Assembly: GCA_965223545.1 (NCBI GenBank) | Contig: OZ245006.1 | Coordinates: 7,424,001 to 7,488,000 of the forward strand | Reading direction: 5' to 3' | DNA: 64,000 nt | From: Planctomycetota bacterium | Lineage (GTDB): Bacteria; Planctomycetota; UBA1135; UBA2386 | In this document: piece after piece, positions 27,032-37,056 of the stretch | How the letters are laid out: each line of letters starts with the position of its first letter | How positions within the stretch are numbered: the stretch's first letter is position 1 | Notes under the pieces: model-generated | What the model was told of the DNA's origin: nothing | Databases searched by the model: none | Seen by the model: only the letters and a program-made list of their open reading frames with translations | Made by a program: the position numbers and the translations under genes

Positions 27032-27886
27032 GTGGTCGATAGGCTGGACGTGGGGCAAGATCGCGATCTCGGGTCAGGGCGCGCCGCGCCGCCGGCGGAG
27101 GACGACCTGTTGTTGGGCTATCTGGCGGCGGCCGAGTCGTTGCTGTTGCAGGTTCGGCCGATGATCGCCGCCGCCGAGCCAGGTCCGCGGTTGGCGCAGG
27201 CGGTGGAGCGGCTGCGCGCGGCGTGTCCGGAGCCGCAGGTCGTCGAGGCCCCGCCGCCGGCGACCCCGGTGGCGCCACCGCGCGAGGCGATCGAGGCCGA
27301 ACGCGCACCCAGCGGCCTGCTGCGCGCGGCGCACGCGCGCGCAGCAGGCGACGACTTTGCGGCGTTGCTGTTTGCCACCGGCGAGGCGGCGGCCGGCAAC
27401 GCCCTCGTGCTGCACGGCAACAGCGGCAACATGTCGATGACCTCCGTGTTCTCCTTCTTGAGCTCGGGAGAGCGCAACGGCCGGCTGTACGTCGGCATCG
27501 GCGATATCGTCCAGTGCTTCACGTTCCGATCCGGCGAGGTGGTGTGTTCGACGTCGAGCGCGCCCACGCCGGGGCTCGAGCTCTACGACGTGCTGCTCGC
27601 ATCCGGCCGCATCGAGCGGCGCACGCTCGACGATTTTCTCGAGTGGAGCGGCTGCGCGATCGATCTGGCGGAGGACTTCGCGACCCAGTTCGAACGCGTC
27701 GGGCTGGCGACGCCGGCCCAGCTGGTGGAGGCGCTGCAGCATCAAGCGCACGAGCGGTTCTACGCGGTGTTCACGGCGCCGAGCGCCGACTACGGCTTCT
27801 TCGAGTGCGAGGTCGGCGATCCGGAGATGGTGATGCGCGCCCATCTCGACGAGCTGCTGCCGCGGCCCCGGCCGGCGTCTCGGTAG
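27032..27886 (+). CDS. DUF4388 (PatA_N)-like domain protein
   Basis: LHGNSGNMSMTSVFSFLSSGERNGRL...FRSGEVV pattern. Start uncertain (27032/27050). Confidence 0.62.
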   Translation: MVDRLDVGQDRDLGSGRAAPPAEDDLLLGYLAAAESLLLQVRPMIAAAEPGPRLAQAVERLRAACPEPQVVEAPPPATPVAPPREAIEAERAPSGLLRAAHARAAGDDFAALLFATGEAAAGNALVLHGNSGNMSMTSVFSFLSSGERNGRLYVGIGDIVQCFTFRSGEVVCSTSSAPTPGLELYDVLLASGRIERRTLDDFLEWSGCAIDLAEDFATQFERVGLATPAQLVEALQHQAHERFYAVFTAPSADYGFFECEVGDPEMVMRAHLDELLPRPRPASR

Positions 27887-27929
27887 GGGGACACGGCGCG
27901 AGCGGTGAACGGTCGCGCCGGGCGGGCCG

Positions 27930-28379
27930 TCAGTCCCACCACCACCGCTGAAACCCGGCCGGCGCGAGCGCGGTCAACAACAGGCCAGTCCAGCAGGCGG
28001 CTCCGCTGAGCGCCGGATAGATCATCTTGGCGCGCAGCTGCGGCACCGCTGCGAACAGCGCCAAGACCATTGGCATCCCGAGCGCTGCCAGCACGCCGGT
28101 GAAGACCACCCAGTGGGTGGCATCGGCATGCGCGACGAGCTGCTGGGGCAACCCGTCGGAGCCATAGAAATCGGGCCAACCCTGCAGCCGCACGTGCATG
28201 TGGATCGCCAGGGAATAGAACGCGGCGAGCACGAGGAGGCCCGGCAGCGTCGTGAGCGCCAGAGCCCCTGCCGATCGCACGACCTGCCCTCTTTGGATCG
28301 ACCAAACCACGGCGGCAGCGGTCACCGCGACCGAGAGCGCGGCGAGGGTGATCGGCTCGGGCATCGGGAGTTCCACCAC
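27930..28379 (-). CDS. Small membrane protein, hypothetical
   Basis: Four hydrophobic segments, ends FQRWWWD; GTG at 28379 or ATG at 28364. Confidence 0.65.
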   Translation of the reverse strand: MVELPMPEPITLAALSVAVTAAAVVWSIQRGQVVRSAGALALTTLPGLLVLAAFYSLAIHMHVRLQGWPDFYGSDGLPQQLVAHADATHWVVFTGVLAALGMPMVLALFAAVPQLRAKMIYPALSGAACWTGLLLTALAPAGFQRWWWD

Positions 28380-28442
28380 CGCGCATTCTAGCCGTGGGGG
28401 CGGGAAGCGAGAAAATCGAGCCTGACACCGTACGTTTCGTTG

Positions 28443-29159
28443 ATGGAATCCGAACACCGTGGTTCTCCGTCGCGCGGCCGGCCGACGCGGTTGCACGTCG
28501 GCGGCAAGCTCGCCTTTCGGCGACGGGTGCCTTCGGCGGACGCGGCGAGTGGTGCGCTGCCGTTGGTCGAGCTGAGCGACGATCCGCCGGAGCTGGCGAC
28601 GCTGGTTCCGTCGCAGTTCGAGAGGGTCGAGATCGAGGTCGGACCCGGCAAGGGCACGTTCATGGTGGCCGCCACCGAGGCGCGGCCCGACGTGTTTCTG
28701 TTGGGCATCGAGGCGGCGCCGAGCTACGCGCGCTACAGCGCCGAGCGGCTGGCGAAGGCGGGCCGCGACAACGCGGTCGTCCTGGTCGACAACGCCAAGC
28801 TGTACTTGCGCGATCGGGTTGCGGACGGCGCGCTCGATCGCTTGCACGTCTACTTCAGCGACCCGTGGCCCAAGCGGCGCCACCGCAAGCGCCGGTTCTT
28901 CTCGGCGGACATGTGCGCGACCTACGCCCGCGTGCTGCGCGCCGGTGGTCACCTGCTGTGCGCCACGGACAACGCCGCCTACGCCGGTGAGATCTGCGGC
29001 GTGCTCGGCAGCTGCGCTGCGCTGGTGCGCGACGAGGACGAGGAGCGCCGGCTGTCGAACCTGCCTCCGGGGCACGCGTTCGGCCCGACCAACTTCGAGC
29101 GCAAATACGCCGCCGAGCATCGCATCATCCGGCGGTACGCGTATTGTCGCCGCGCATGA
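28443..29159 (+). CDS. trmB: tRNA (guanine-N7)-methyltransferase
   Basis: EIEVGPGKG, LGIE, YFSDPWPKRRHRKRR, ATD, TNFERKY. Confidence 0.9.
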   Translation: MESEHRGSPSRGRPTRLHVGGKLAFRRRVPSADAASGALPLVELSDDPPELATLVPSQFERVEIEVGPGKGTFMVAATEARPDVFLLGIEAAPSYARYSAERLAKAGRDNAVVLVDNAKLYLRDRVADGALDRLHVYFSDPWPKRRHRKRRFFSADMCATYARVLRAGGHLLCATDNAAYAGEICGVLGSCAALVRDEDEERRLSNLPPGHAFGPTNFERKYAAEHRIIRRYAYCRRA

Positions 29160-29512
29160 GCCAACCGGAAACGAGCCAACCGGAATCGACGGACGCGCAC
29201 CGCTGGGTGTCGATCGGCGCGGTGGGCGAGCTGGTGTTCGCGCCGGGTCACTCGGTCGTGGTCGAGGGCCGCGAGCTCGCGGTGTTCGAGCTCGACGACG
29301 GCCTGGCGGCCGTCGACGGCTCGTGCCCGCACGCCGGCGGTCCCCTCTGCGAGGGCGACGTCGATGGCGGCGCGGTCTCTTGCCCATGGCACGGCTGGAG
29401 CTTCGACTTGCGCACCGGGGCGTGCGCCGTGTCGCCGGCATCGGCGATCGCCGCCTACCCGGTGCGGGTGGTCGACGGCGACGCGCAGGTCCGCATGCCG
29501 AAGGCAGTGTGA
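29156..29512 (+). CDS. Rieske [2Fe-2S] ferredoxin
   Basis: CPHAG...CPWHG; ATGA overlap with trmB. Confidence 0.92.
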   Translation: MSQPETSQPESTDAHRWVSIGAVGELVFAPGHSVVVEGRELAVFELDDGLAAVDGSCPHAGGPLCEGDVDGGAVSCPWHGWSFDLRTGACAVSPASAIAAYPVRVVDGDAQVRMPKAV

Positions 29513-30192
29513 TGCGGTTGCGCCACCCGCTCTCGCTGTCGTTGTTGCTCGTCACCGCGGCGGCGTGTGCCGGGACCGCGCCCGACCGCGGTGAGGACGA
29601 TTTCGTCGCGGTGTACCTGCAGCGCGGCGAGCCGGTGCCCGAAGCGGAGCGGGGGGCCTTGATGGATGGCCACATGGCCAACATGCGCCGCCTGTGGGAG
29701 CGCGGCGTGCTGCTGTTCGCCGGGCCCTTCGAAGCGCATCCCGACAGCGACCGGCGGGGGTTGTTCTGGTTCGATGTCGCCGATCTCGACGCGGCGCGGG
29801 CCTTGGCCGACGCGGACCCCGCGGTGCGTGCCGGCGCGCTGGTCTACACCGCGGTGCCGGTGCGCAGTTCGGCGCGCGTGCGCACCCTGCTGGCGCTCGA
29901 GCGCGCTGCCGAGGCGATGCGGGCCGCCGCTGGCGGCGGGGATGCGGGAATGCGCAAGTACGTGCTGGTCGAGGCGCCGCGCGATCAGCGCGCAGCGCTG
30001 CTGGCCTTGGGGGACCGCCTGCTGTTGGTGGCCGCGCTGGGTGGCCCCCGCGAGGGCGAGCTGCTGGCGATCCTGGACGCCGAGGACCTCGCCGCGGGGG
30101 AGCGTCTGCGCGCCGAGGTCGGCGGGACGCAGTGGTCCGCCTACGAGTGGTGGGGATCGGCGACGATCCTGGGACTGTCCGGCGGCGGCTGA
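29512..30192 (+). CDS. YciI-like domain lipoprotein
   Basis: Lipobox-like TAAAC; GHMANMRRL..G.LLFAGPF and ADPAVRAG. Confidence 0.7.
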   Translation: MRLRHPLSLSLLLVTAAACAGTAPDRGEDDFVAVYLQRGEPVPEAERGALMDGHMANMRRLWERGVLLFAGPFEAHPDSDRRGLFWFDVADLDAARALADADPAVRAGALVYTAVPVRSSARVRTLLALERAAEAMRAAAGGGDAGMRKYVLVEAPRDQRAALLALGDRLLLVAALGGPREGELLAILDAEDLAAGERLRAEVGGTQWSAYEWWGSATILGLSGGG

Positions 30193-30199
30193 ACGCGCA

Positions 30200-31443
30200 G
30201 AACTGCAGCCCTTCCGTGGGCCTGGCTAGCTGAGAGACGCTGACCGAGACGTAACCGGAGCCCTCTTCCGAGTCACTGGAAGTGACGCAGGGCCAACTGC
30301 GCAACGGTGCCCTTTTGGTCCCCCCCGCGTTGTGTCTCGGAGGTCGCCGATGTTCGTTCCCCCGCGTTGCCCCAACTCAGCTTGCCCGCACAACCGCAGC
30401 CCGCGGCCCGGCTTCTTCGTACGCCGTGGCTACTACTACCCCAAGTGCCGCGCCCAAGGCGTGCCGCGCTTCCGCTGCCGCCATTGCCGGCAGGGCTTCT
30501 CGCGGCAGACGTTCCGCATGGATTACCGCGACCACAAGCCCGACCGCAACGCCTGGATCGTCATGTTGCTCTGCTCTGGCCTGGGCCTGCGACAGACCGC
30601 TCGCCTGGCCGGGCTCACGGCGCGCAACACCGAGATGAAGTTCCGCAAGATCGGTCGTCACGTCCGCCGCCTGAACAACAACTTACGGGGCGACCTCCCG
30701 GTCGGCTCGAGCTTGCAGTTCGACGAACTCGAGAGCTACGAGGGCCGCCGCAACACGCGGCCCCTGACGCTGCCTGTCCTGATCGAGCGCGGGAGCCGCT
30801 TCATCCTCGCAGCGCGGTCGGCCCCGATCCGCCCCGGTGGCCCCAAACCGGCTGCGCGCCGGCGAGCGATAGAGGCCGACGCGCGGCGGTTTGGCCGGCG
30901 GCCGTCGCGGTCGCGCGCGGCAACGCGCAATGCGCTGTGCCGGGGCGCGCGCGCTTGCACTCGGTTGACCACCGTGTTGCTCGAAACGGACGAGAAAACG
31001 ACCTACTCAGGACTCGCGAGGGGCATTTTCGGCGCGCGGCTCGAGCACCGGCGAACACCAAGCACGCTGCCGCGCGAGACCTGGAACCCGCTGTTCGCGA
31101 TCAACCATACCGAGGCAATGGCGCGCGACCTCAACGGTCGTCTGCGGCGCGAGTCCTGGCTGGTCAGCAAGAAGCGCTGTTTCCTCAACCTGCAGCTGCA
31201 CATCTACACCGCGTACCGCAACTTCACGCGACCGCGCTTCAACTTCGACCGAGACACGCCGGCGATGCTGGTTGGCTGGCTCCCCCAGAAGTTGCGGCTG
31301 AACCAGGTGCTATCCTGGCGCCAGGACTGGGGCACGCGCAGCGGCCATCCGCTGGATCGAAACGCAAAACCGATCGAGAACTTCCTGAAGAGCTCTGCCT
31401 GAGTTTCTAGCGGCCGTGCCGGACCACGGAAGGGCTGCAGTTC
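30200..31443 (+). mobile_element. Insertion sequence, IS1-like, 1244 bp
   Basis: Perfect 20-bp inverted repeats GAACTGCAGCCCTTCCGTGG at 30200-30219 and (reverse complement) 31424-31443, flanking one transposase-like ORF. No target duplication seen. Confidence 0.8.
30350..31402 (+). CDS. IS1-like transposase (zinc ribbon + HTH + DDE-type domain)
   Basis: CPNSAC...FRCRHC zinc ribbon, GLGLRQTARLAG HTH, FDELESYE, TDE, and RLRRESWLVSK resembling the IS1 RLxRKSxxFSK motif. Confidence 0.75.
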   Translation: MFVPPRCPNSACPHNRSPRPGFFVRRGYYYPKCRAQGVPRFRCRHCRQGFSRQTFRMDYRDHKPDRNAWIVMLLCSGLGLRQTARLAGLTARNTEMKFRKIGRHVRRLNNNLRGDLPVGSSLQFDELESYEGRRNTRPLTLPVLIERGSRFILAARSAPIRPGGPKPAARRRAIEADARRFGRRPSRSRAATRNALCRGARACTRLTTVLLETDEKTTYSGLARGIFGARLEHRRTPSTLPRETWNPLFAINHTEAMARDLNGRLRRESWLVSKKRCFLNLQLHIYTAYRNFTRPRFNFDRDTPAMLVGWLPQKLRLNQVLSWRQDWGTRSGHPLDRNAKPIENFLKSSA

Positions 31444-31691
31444 GGGGATTGCCGACCCGGCCGCAAAGAGCTGGTGTCGGGCCCTGACGAGGGCTAAATT
31501 GAGGGTTCGAGCTGCGCCCTCGGCGATTCGCGCGCTGCTCGCGCTGTAGACGCCGAGGCTTGCAGGGTGAGGGATCGGTGTCGATCCCCGGCTTGAACCG
31601 GCCGCCGGCGGGGACGCGGGTGGCGTGCGGCTCACCTCAACGCGCTCCGAGGGCAGCCCTCGACCGCGGCACTTCAACCCAAGGCGATCCG

Positions 31692-33128
31692 TTGCAGCAG
31701 CGAACCTACCAGGCGTATACCCCGAACAATGTCGGTCGGTTGGTCGATGAGGGCCGGCTGTCGGCGGAGCAGCTCGACGCGATCCGCGCCACCGCCGCGG
31801 TGTTGCCGTTCCGGGTCAACAATTACGTTGTGGAGGAATTGATCCGCTGGGACGAGGTGCCACACGACCCGATCTACCAGCTCACCTTTCCGCAGGAGGG
31901 GATGCTGGATCGCGAGGACTTCGAGCGCATGCGCGGGCTGATTCGGCGCGACGCGCCGAAGGCCGAGGTCGCGGCGCAGGCGCGGCAGGTGCAAGCGAAG
32001 CTCAACCCGCATCCGTCGGGGCAGCTCGAGCTCAACGTGCCGCAGCTCGATGGAGCGCCGGTGGCCGGGATGCAGCACAAGTACCGCGAGACGGTCTTGT
32101 TCTTTCCGAGCCAAGGGCAGACCTGTCACGCGTACTGCAGCTACTGCTTTCGGTGGGCTCAGTTCGTCGGCGCCGACGAGCTCAAGTTCGCCAACAAGGA
32201 GGCGGCGGCATTGGCGCGCTACGTCGGTGCGCATCCCGAGGTCACCGACGTGATCCTGACCGGCGGCGATCCGCTGATCATGCGCACGCAGAAGCTGCGA
32301 CAGATCATCGAGCCGCTGTTGGCGCCGGAGTTCGAGCACCTGCAGAACATCCGCATCGGCAGCAAGGCGCTGGCCTGGTGGCCGTATCGCTTCACGACCG
32401 GCGCCGATGCCGACGACCTGCTGCGCCTGTTCGAGGACGTGGTCCGCGCCGGCAAGCAGCTGGCGCTGATGGCCCACTACAGCCACCCGCGCGAGCTCGA
32501 GCCCGAGGTCGCGCGCACCGCTCTTGCCAGAGTGCGGTCGACGGGTGCGATCGTGCGCTGCCAGGCGCCGCTGGTGCGGCACGTCAACGATTCGGCCGAG
32601 GTGTGGGCCGACCTCTGGCGCGAGCAGACCCGTCTCGGGGCGGTGCCCTACTACATGTTCGTCGAGCGGGACACCGGCGCGAAGCGCTACTTCGAGGTGC
32701 CGCTGGGCCGTGCCCACGAGATCTACTCCGGCGCGGTCCGCCGCGTGTCAGGGCTGGCGCGCACGGTGCGCGGTCCGTCGATGTCGGCGACGCCGGGCAA
32801 GGTGATGGTCAACGGCGTGACTACGGTTGCCGGCCAGCGCGTCTTCGCCCTGCAGTTCATCCAGGCGCGCGACCCGAGCTGGGTGGGGCAACCGTTCTTC
32901 GCGCGCTACGACGCCAAGGCGACTTGGCTCGATCAGCTGCGACCCGCGTTCGGCGAATCGTCGTTCTTCTTCGAGTCGGCGCCGTGGCACCGCGGCCGCC
33001 ATCCACGGCCGCCGTTGGCCGCCGCCAGCAGCCGCCGGCGGGCCGGGGCTGCGCGCAACGGCGCGGCGCACGGCGGGGCCTCGGGCGCTGCGCGGAAAGG
33101 TGGCGCCAGCGCGGCGTCGGGCGACTGA
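31692..33128 (+). CDS. KamA-family radical SAM aminomutase
   Basis: HKYRETVL, CHAYCSYCFR (CxxxCxxC), VILTGGDPL, IRIGSK, PYYMF. TTG start is a best guess. Confidence 0.88.
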   Translation: MQQRTYQAYTPNNVGRLVDEGRLSAEQLDAIRATAAVLPFRVNNYVVEELIRWDEVPHDPIYQLTFPQEGMLDREDFERMRGLIRRDAPKAEVAAQARQVQAKLNPHPSGQLELNVPQLDGAPVAGMQHKYRETVLFFPSQGQTCHAYCSYCFRWAQFVGADELKFANKEAAALARYVGAHPEVTDVILTGGDPLIMRTQKLRQIIEPLLAPEFEHLQNIRIGSKALAWWPYRFTTGADADDLLRLFEDVVRAGKQLALMAHYSHPRELEPEVARTALARVRSTGAIVRCQAPLVRHVNDSAEVWADLWREQTRLGAVPYYMFVERDTGAKRYFEVPLGRAHEIYSGAVRRVSGLARTVRGPSMSATPGKVMVNGVTTVAGQRVFALQFIQARDPSWVGQPFFARYDAKATWLDQLRPAFGESSFFFESAPWHRGRHPRPPLAAASSRRRAGAARNGAAHGGASGAARKGGASAASGD

Positions 33129-33141
33129 CGGCGGGACGCCG

Positions 33142-33849
33142 TCAGCCGAACATCTGCAGCCACTCCGCCTCGGTGCGCGGTTTGAAGACCGCGTTGTCGC
33201 GGCGGGTGGCGCTCATGCTGGCGCTGGGCTCGGCCGAGTACAGGTGGCCGGGATACAGCATCGCGTCGTCCGGCACTTTGGCGAGCCTGTCGGTCAGGCT
33301 GCGATACAGCGCGGCCGCATCGCCGCCCGGCAGATCGGTGCGGCCACAGCCCTGTAGAAACAGGGTGTCGCCGGCGACCAACCGGTTGTCGACCAGGAAG
33401 CACTGGCTGCCGGGAGTGTGCCCCGGGGTGTGGATCAGCTGGACGTCGATGTCGCCGAGCGAGATCACGTCGCCGCTGCTGTGCACCTCGAGGTCGGTGT
33501 CGCTGCAGCCGGTCATGTGCTTGATCCACGGCACCTCCTCGCGCTGGACGTGGACCTTGGTGCCGCGCCGCTCGAGCAGGGCCGCGACACCTTGGATGTC
33601 GTGGCCGAACAGGTCGCCGCCGACGTGGTCGGGGTGGAAGTGCGTGGCGAGCACGCCGTCGAGCTGCATCCCGTCGGCGTCGAGCACGTCTAGGATCTCG
33701 TCGACCGCGTACGCCGGGTCGACCACCACCGCGCGGCGCGTACCGGTGTCGCCGATCAGATAGACGAAGTTGACCATCTGCCGTGCGATGCCGTCGCCGG
33801 TGGCGAAGTCGCGGCCCGCCAAGAGCTGGCGGAAGTAGAGGCGGCTCAT
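33142..33849 (-). CDS. MBL-fold metallo-hydrolase (glyoxalase II-like)
   Basis: THFHPDHVGG, HTPGHTPGS, GDTLF, YPGH. Confidence 0.92.
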   Translation of the reverse strand: MSRLYFRQLLAGRDFATGDGIARQMVNFVYLIGDTGTRRAVVVDPAYAVDEILDVLDADGMQLDGVLATHFHPDHVGGDLFGHDIQGVAALLERRGTKVHVQREEVPWIKHMTGCSDTDLEVHSSGDVISLGDIDVQLIHTPGHTPGSQCFLVDNRLVAGDTLFLQGCGRTDLPGGDAAALYRSLTDRLAKVPDDAMLYPGHLYSAEPSASMSATRRDNAVFKPRTEAEWLQMFG

Positions 33850-33926
33850 GCCGTCACGGTAGCACGCCGGCAGCCGCGCACCGAGGCCGCCGTTGGGCGG
33901 GCCCGGCACGCATCGCGGTCACGGCG

Positions 33927-35558
33927 TCACTTCTTCTTCGGCCGCTTGCTCGAGGGCGCCGTCGGCGAGAGCGCTTCCGGCAGGTCCGTTGCCTCCGCTT
34001 CGGGCTCGGACTTGCCATCGCCCTTGATGCCGCCCTTGTCCTGGGCCTCGCGGCGCAGGTAGCGGGTCTCGTTCAAGGCGCTGCGCAACAGGAAGAAGGC
34101 CAGCGACAAGAACAGCCCCATCGCGGCGCAGGACAGAACTTTGAACCTGCGCGTCGAAAAACCGAACTTCGACTGCGGTGCCGCCGGGGTGCTCGGTGGC
34201 GAGACCACGCTGACGTTGGTGATCCGCGCCTGGTCGAGAAGGACGTTCATCTTGCCGATGCGCACGCCCTTCTTGATCTGCTGCAGGTCGAGCTTGAGCT
34301 CGGCCATGTCGCTGCGCAGTCGGTCGTGGTCCAGCCGGAGCTCGTCCAGTCGCAGGATCTCGGCGCGAACCCGGGCCAGATCGTTCTCCGAGTGGGTCTT
34401 CTGCTCCTCCAGGGCCACCAGCGTGGTCTGCGCATCCATGCGCGCCTGGGTCAGGTGGGTGTGGATCGGGTTGCGCGACAGGCTGTGCGAGCCCTTGCGC
34501 GTCGGCTCGGATTCTTTGAGCTGCTCGCGGAGCTGCTCGCGGGTGCGCGCCAGGTCATCGACCATCGGCGAGCCCTCGTGGTAGCGGTTCTCCGCCCGCA
34601 GCAGGTCCATCTCGACGTCGATCAGCATGCGCTCGATGTGGTCCTGCATCATGTTGCGCGCAAACTGCTCGGTCGCCGGCGTCATGTCCGGCTCCAGCTT
34701 GAGCTGCTGCTCGATGTGGGTCAGGCGCGCCGCGTTGGTCGCGATCTGCGCGTGCAGCGTGTTGAGCTCCCTCTCGAGCTCACGCCGCCGCCCACCCAGG
34801 TGCGTCATCGTCGCTTCGAAGTCCTGGATGTCGTGCTTGTGCCGGAACTCGCGGAACGCCAGCTGGGCCTCGATGTGCTTCTGCTCCATCTCCTGTTCTT
34901 GCTGCTCGAAGAAGGCCGTGTTCTCACCCTGGCTGTAGGTCTCCATGTGGAACAGCAGGTATTCGTTGAGCAGACGTTGGAGCTGCCGCTTGCCGCGCTC
35001 GGGATCGGCCGTCATGCAGACGATCTCGATCATCGTGGTCTTCGGAATCGCGTTGAACTGGAACTGACCGCTGAAGGCCGCCAGCCGTGCCATCTCCGGG
35101 TTGGGTTGGTAGTCGAGCGGTTTGGTGATCGAGCGGATGCTGTTCATCAGCACACTGAGTGGGCCGCCGCTGTCGGCCTCTACGGTCTCCGCGGGGCCCT
35201 CGCCATCGTCGACCGGCGACTCGAGCCCGGCCTCCTCGGCCTGCAGCGACTCGTAGACGCGGCGCATCAGCTCGGGGCTGCGCAGGACGTGGATCTCGGC
35301 ATTGATGTCTTCCGACCCCGGCACCATGGCGAAGAACGGCGAGCCACCGACCGCCGCGACCTCGGGGCGGTTGCTGCTGCCCTCGCGGCCGACGTGCACC
35401 ATGACCTTGGAGCTGATCTTCCAGATGAACGGGATGTTGCGCGCTTTGACGTAGCCGTACACCGCGCCGACGGCGGTGCTCAGCAGGATCACGAGGATTG
35501 CGGTCCGGCTGAACGCCGTGGTGCGCAATCGGTTGAGACTTTCAATCGCAGTGGACAT
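33927..35558 (-). CDS. Polysaccharide chain-length determinant (GumC/Wzc N-terminal, no kinase domain)
   Basis: N-terminal TM, EIHVLRSPEL, long coiled coil, NVSVVSPPSTP, C-terminal TM; no Walker A motif. Confidence 0.85.
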   Translation of the reverse strand: MSTAIESLNRLRTTAFSRTAILVILLSTAVGAVYGYVKARNIPFIWKISSKVMVHVGREGSSNRPEVAAVGGSPFFAMVPGSEDINAEIHVLRSPELMRRVYESLQAEEAGLESPVDDGEGPAETVEADSGGPLSVLMNSIRSITKPLDYQPNPEMARLAAFSGQFQFNAIPKTTMIEIVCMTADPERGKRQLQRLLNEYLLFHMETYSQGENTAFFEQQEQEMEQKHIEAQLAFREFRHKHDIQDFEATMTHLGGRRRELERELNTLHAQIATNAARLTHIEQQLKLEPDMTPATEQFARNMMQDHIERMLIDVEMDLLRAENRYHEGSPMVDDLARTREQLREQLKESEPTRKGSHSLSRNPIHTHLTQARMDAQTTLVALEEQKTHSENDLARVRAEILRLDELRLDHDRLRSDMAELKLDLQQIKKGVRIGKMNVLLDQARITNVSVVSPPSTPAAPQSKFGFSTRRFKVLSCAAMGLFLSLAFFLLRSALNETRYLRREAQDKGGIKGDGKSEPEAEATDLPEALSPTAPSSKRPKKK

Positions 35559-35730
35559 TCGGACCCTCGGGGCGGCGTCTACGGTGTTCCTCGGAGTCTA
35601 CCCTGACCCCGGCGGGAGCAACTTTGTATCGCAAATTGAAGCGGTTGGGCAGGGGCGGCGGCGGGGCATTCGCGGTGGCTGGACCGGCCTTGGCGGTGGG
35701 CCGACGGGGGCGGTGGCCGCCGGCCGCGTC

Positions 35731-37056
35731 TCAAGCCGGGGCATCGACGAGCACCTTGACCGCGTCCGGCGCGGCTGCGCGCCGGAACGCGCGGTCGAGC
35801 GCGTCCGCCGGGTAGCGGTCGGTGACCAACGCCGCTCCCAACGCGCGCAGGTCTCGTTGGTTTTCGAAGAGCGCGAGCGCGGCGCGGAAGTCGCCGCAGC
35901 GCGACGTGGTCAGCCGCAGGCCGCGCCGCGCGACCGCCGATAGCAAGGGGGATTCGTGGTCATCGCCGCTGAGCAGGAGTCGGCCGCGGGGCCGCGCGAG
36001 GCCTCGTTCGATCCCCGCGACCGGGCGGATCGCGGCATCGACCTCGGTGGCGTTGCCGACCCGCACGGTGCGGAAGGGGCTGAAGGCCAATGGTTGCGGC
36101 GGTGGAGCGCCGCGCAGGTCGAGGAGGTCGTGCGGGTCGGGATCGCCTGCAGCCTTGCCACCGTCGTCGCGCTCGAGGCTGAGCTCGTCGACGACCATCG
36201 CGGTGAGCTGGCTCAGGCCCAGCGCCGGCCGGCCATGGGTCGACTTGAGGTGGGCTTCGCGGCGGGCGAGGCGGAGCGCCAGCTGCAAGCCGGATGGTTG
36301 GCCGGTCGTATCGACGACGACGTCGGCCATCGCGTCGGGTAGGGCGGCGCCGTCGCCCTGCATGCAGACCGCGCGGTCCGCGCCGAGCTGCTCGGCCAGC
36401 GCAAGCAGCCGGCGGTGCCGGCCGATCGCGACGATCTCGATCGCTCGCTCCTGCTCGGTCGCGCGCGCGCGCAGCGCGGCGATCACCAGCAGGCCCAGCC
36501 GCCGCGGGCCGAGCACTGCGACCACGTCGCCCCCGCGCGGCGCCACCACGTCAGCGGCGCGCAAGGCCGCGGCGAACGGCTCGGTCAGCGCCGCGGTCTC
36601 GGTCGGCACCGCGTCCGGCACGGCCAAGACCGCGCCGACCGGGGCCAGCAGCCAGGGACCGAAGCCGCCGGGCAGATCGTGGATGCCGAGCACCAGGCGG
36701 TCCGGGCAGTGGGTGGGGAGGTCGTCGTCACACGCCGGGCAATCAGCCGCCACCCGCCGCGCGGCGTGCGAGGCGTTGATCTCGACCACGCAGCGCCGGC
36801 CGTCGGCATCGGTGGCGACGACCTCGTGACCGATCACCTGCGGCAGCCGAAACGGCAGAAAGCGGCGCGCCAGATCGGTCGAGCAGACCCCGCACGTCGT
36901 CGTGCGCAGCGGGACGTAGCCCGGGCCGAGCTGCAGGTGCGGTGCGCCGTTGCGCTGCACGGCGAAGCCGCGTTCGGGCGAGCCGTGAAACGAGAGCGTG
37001 CACCGCGCGAGTCCGCCGTCTCGGTCGTACTCGAGTGCTTCGAACCGCTGCTTCAC
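35731..37056 (-). CDS. Zn-dependent MDR alcohol-dehydrogenase-like protein
   Basis: CGVCSTDL, IGHEVV, EPFAAA, GPRRLG, VVVDTTG, VKVLV; GTG start overlaps the GT4 stop. Confidence 0.78.
   Translation of the reverse strand: MKQRFEALEYDRDGGLARCTLSFHGSPERGFAVQRNGAPHLQLGPGYVPLRTTTCGVCSTDLARRFLPFRLPQVIGHEVVATDADGRRCVVEINASHAARRVAADCPACDDDLPTHCPDRLVLGIHDLPGGFGPWLLAPVGAVLAVPDAVPTETAALTEPFAAALRAADVVAPRGGDVVAVLGPRRLGLLVIAALRARATEQERAIEIVAIGRHRRLLALAEQLGADRAVCMQGDGAALPDAMADVVVDTTGQPSGLQLALRLARREAHLKSTHGRPALGLSQLTAMVVDELSLERDDGGKAAGDPDPHDLLDLRGAPPPQPLAFSPFRTVRVGNATEVDAAIRPVAGIERGLARPRGRLLLSGDDHESPLLSAVARRGLRLTTSRCGDFRAALALFENQRDLRALGAALVTDRYPADALDRAFRRAAAPDAVKVLVDAPA

Noticed and set aside
10647..27308. 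Very long - strand ORFs (10647-13679, 16682-19129, 22962-27308) and similar ones elsewhere (48577-51252, 53050-56742, 58885-61356)
   Set aside because: Arg/Pro/Ala-rich with no motifs; they overlap well-supported genes and are typical off-frame or antisense shadows in high-GC DNA.
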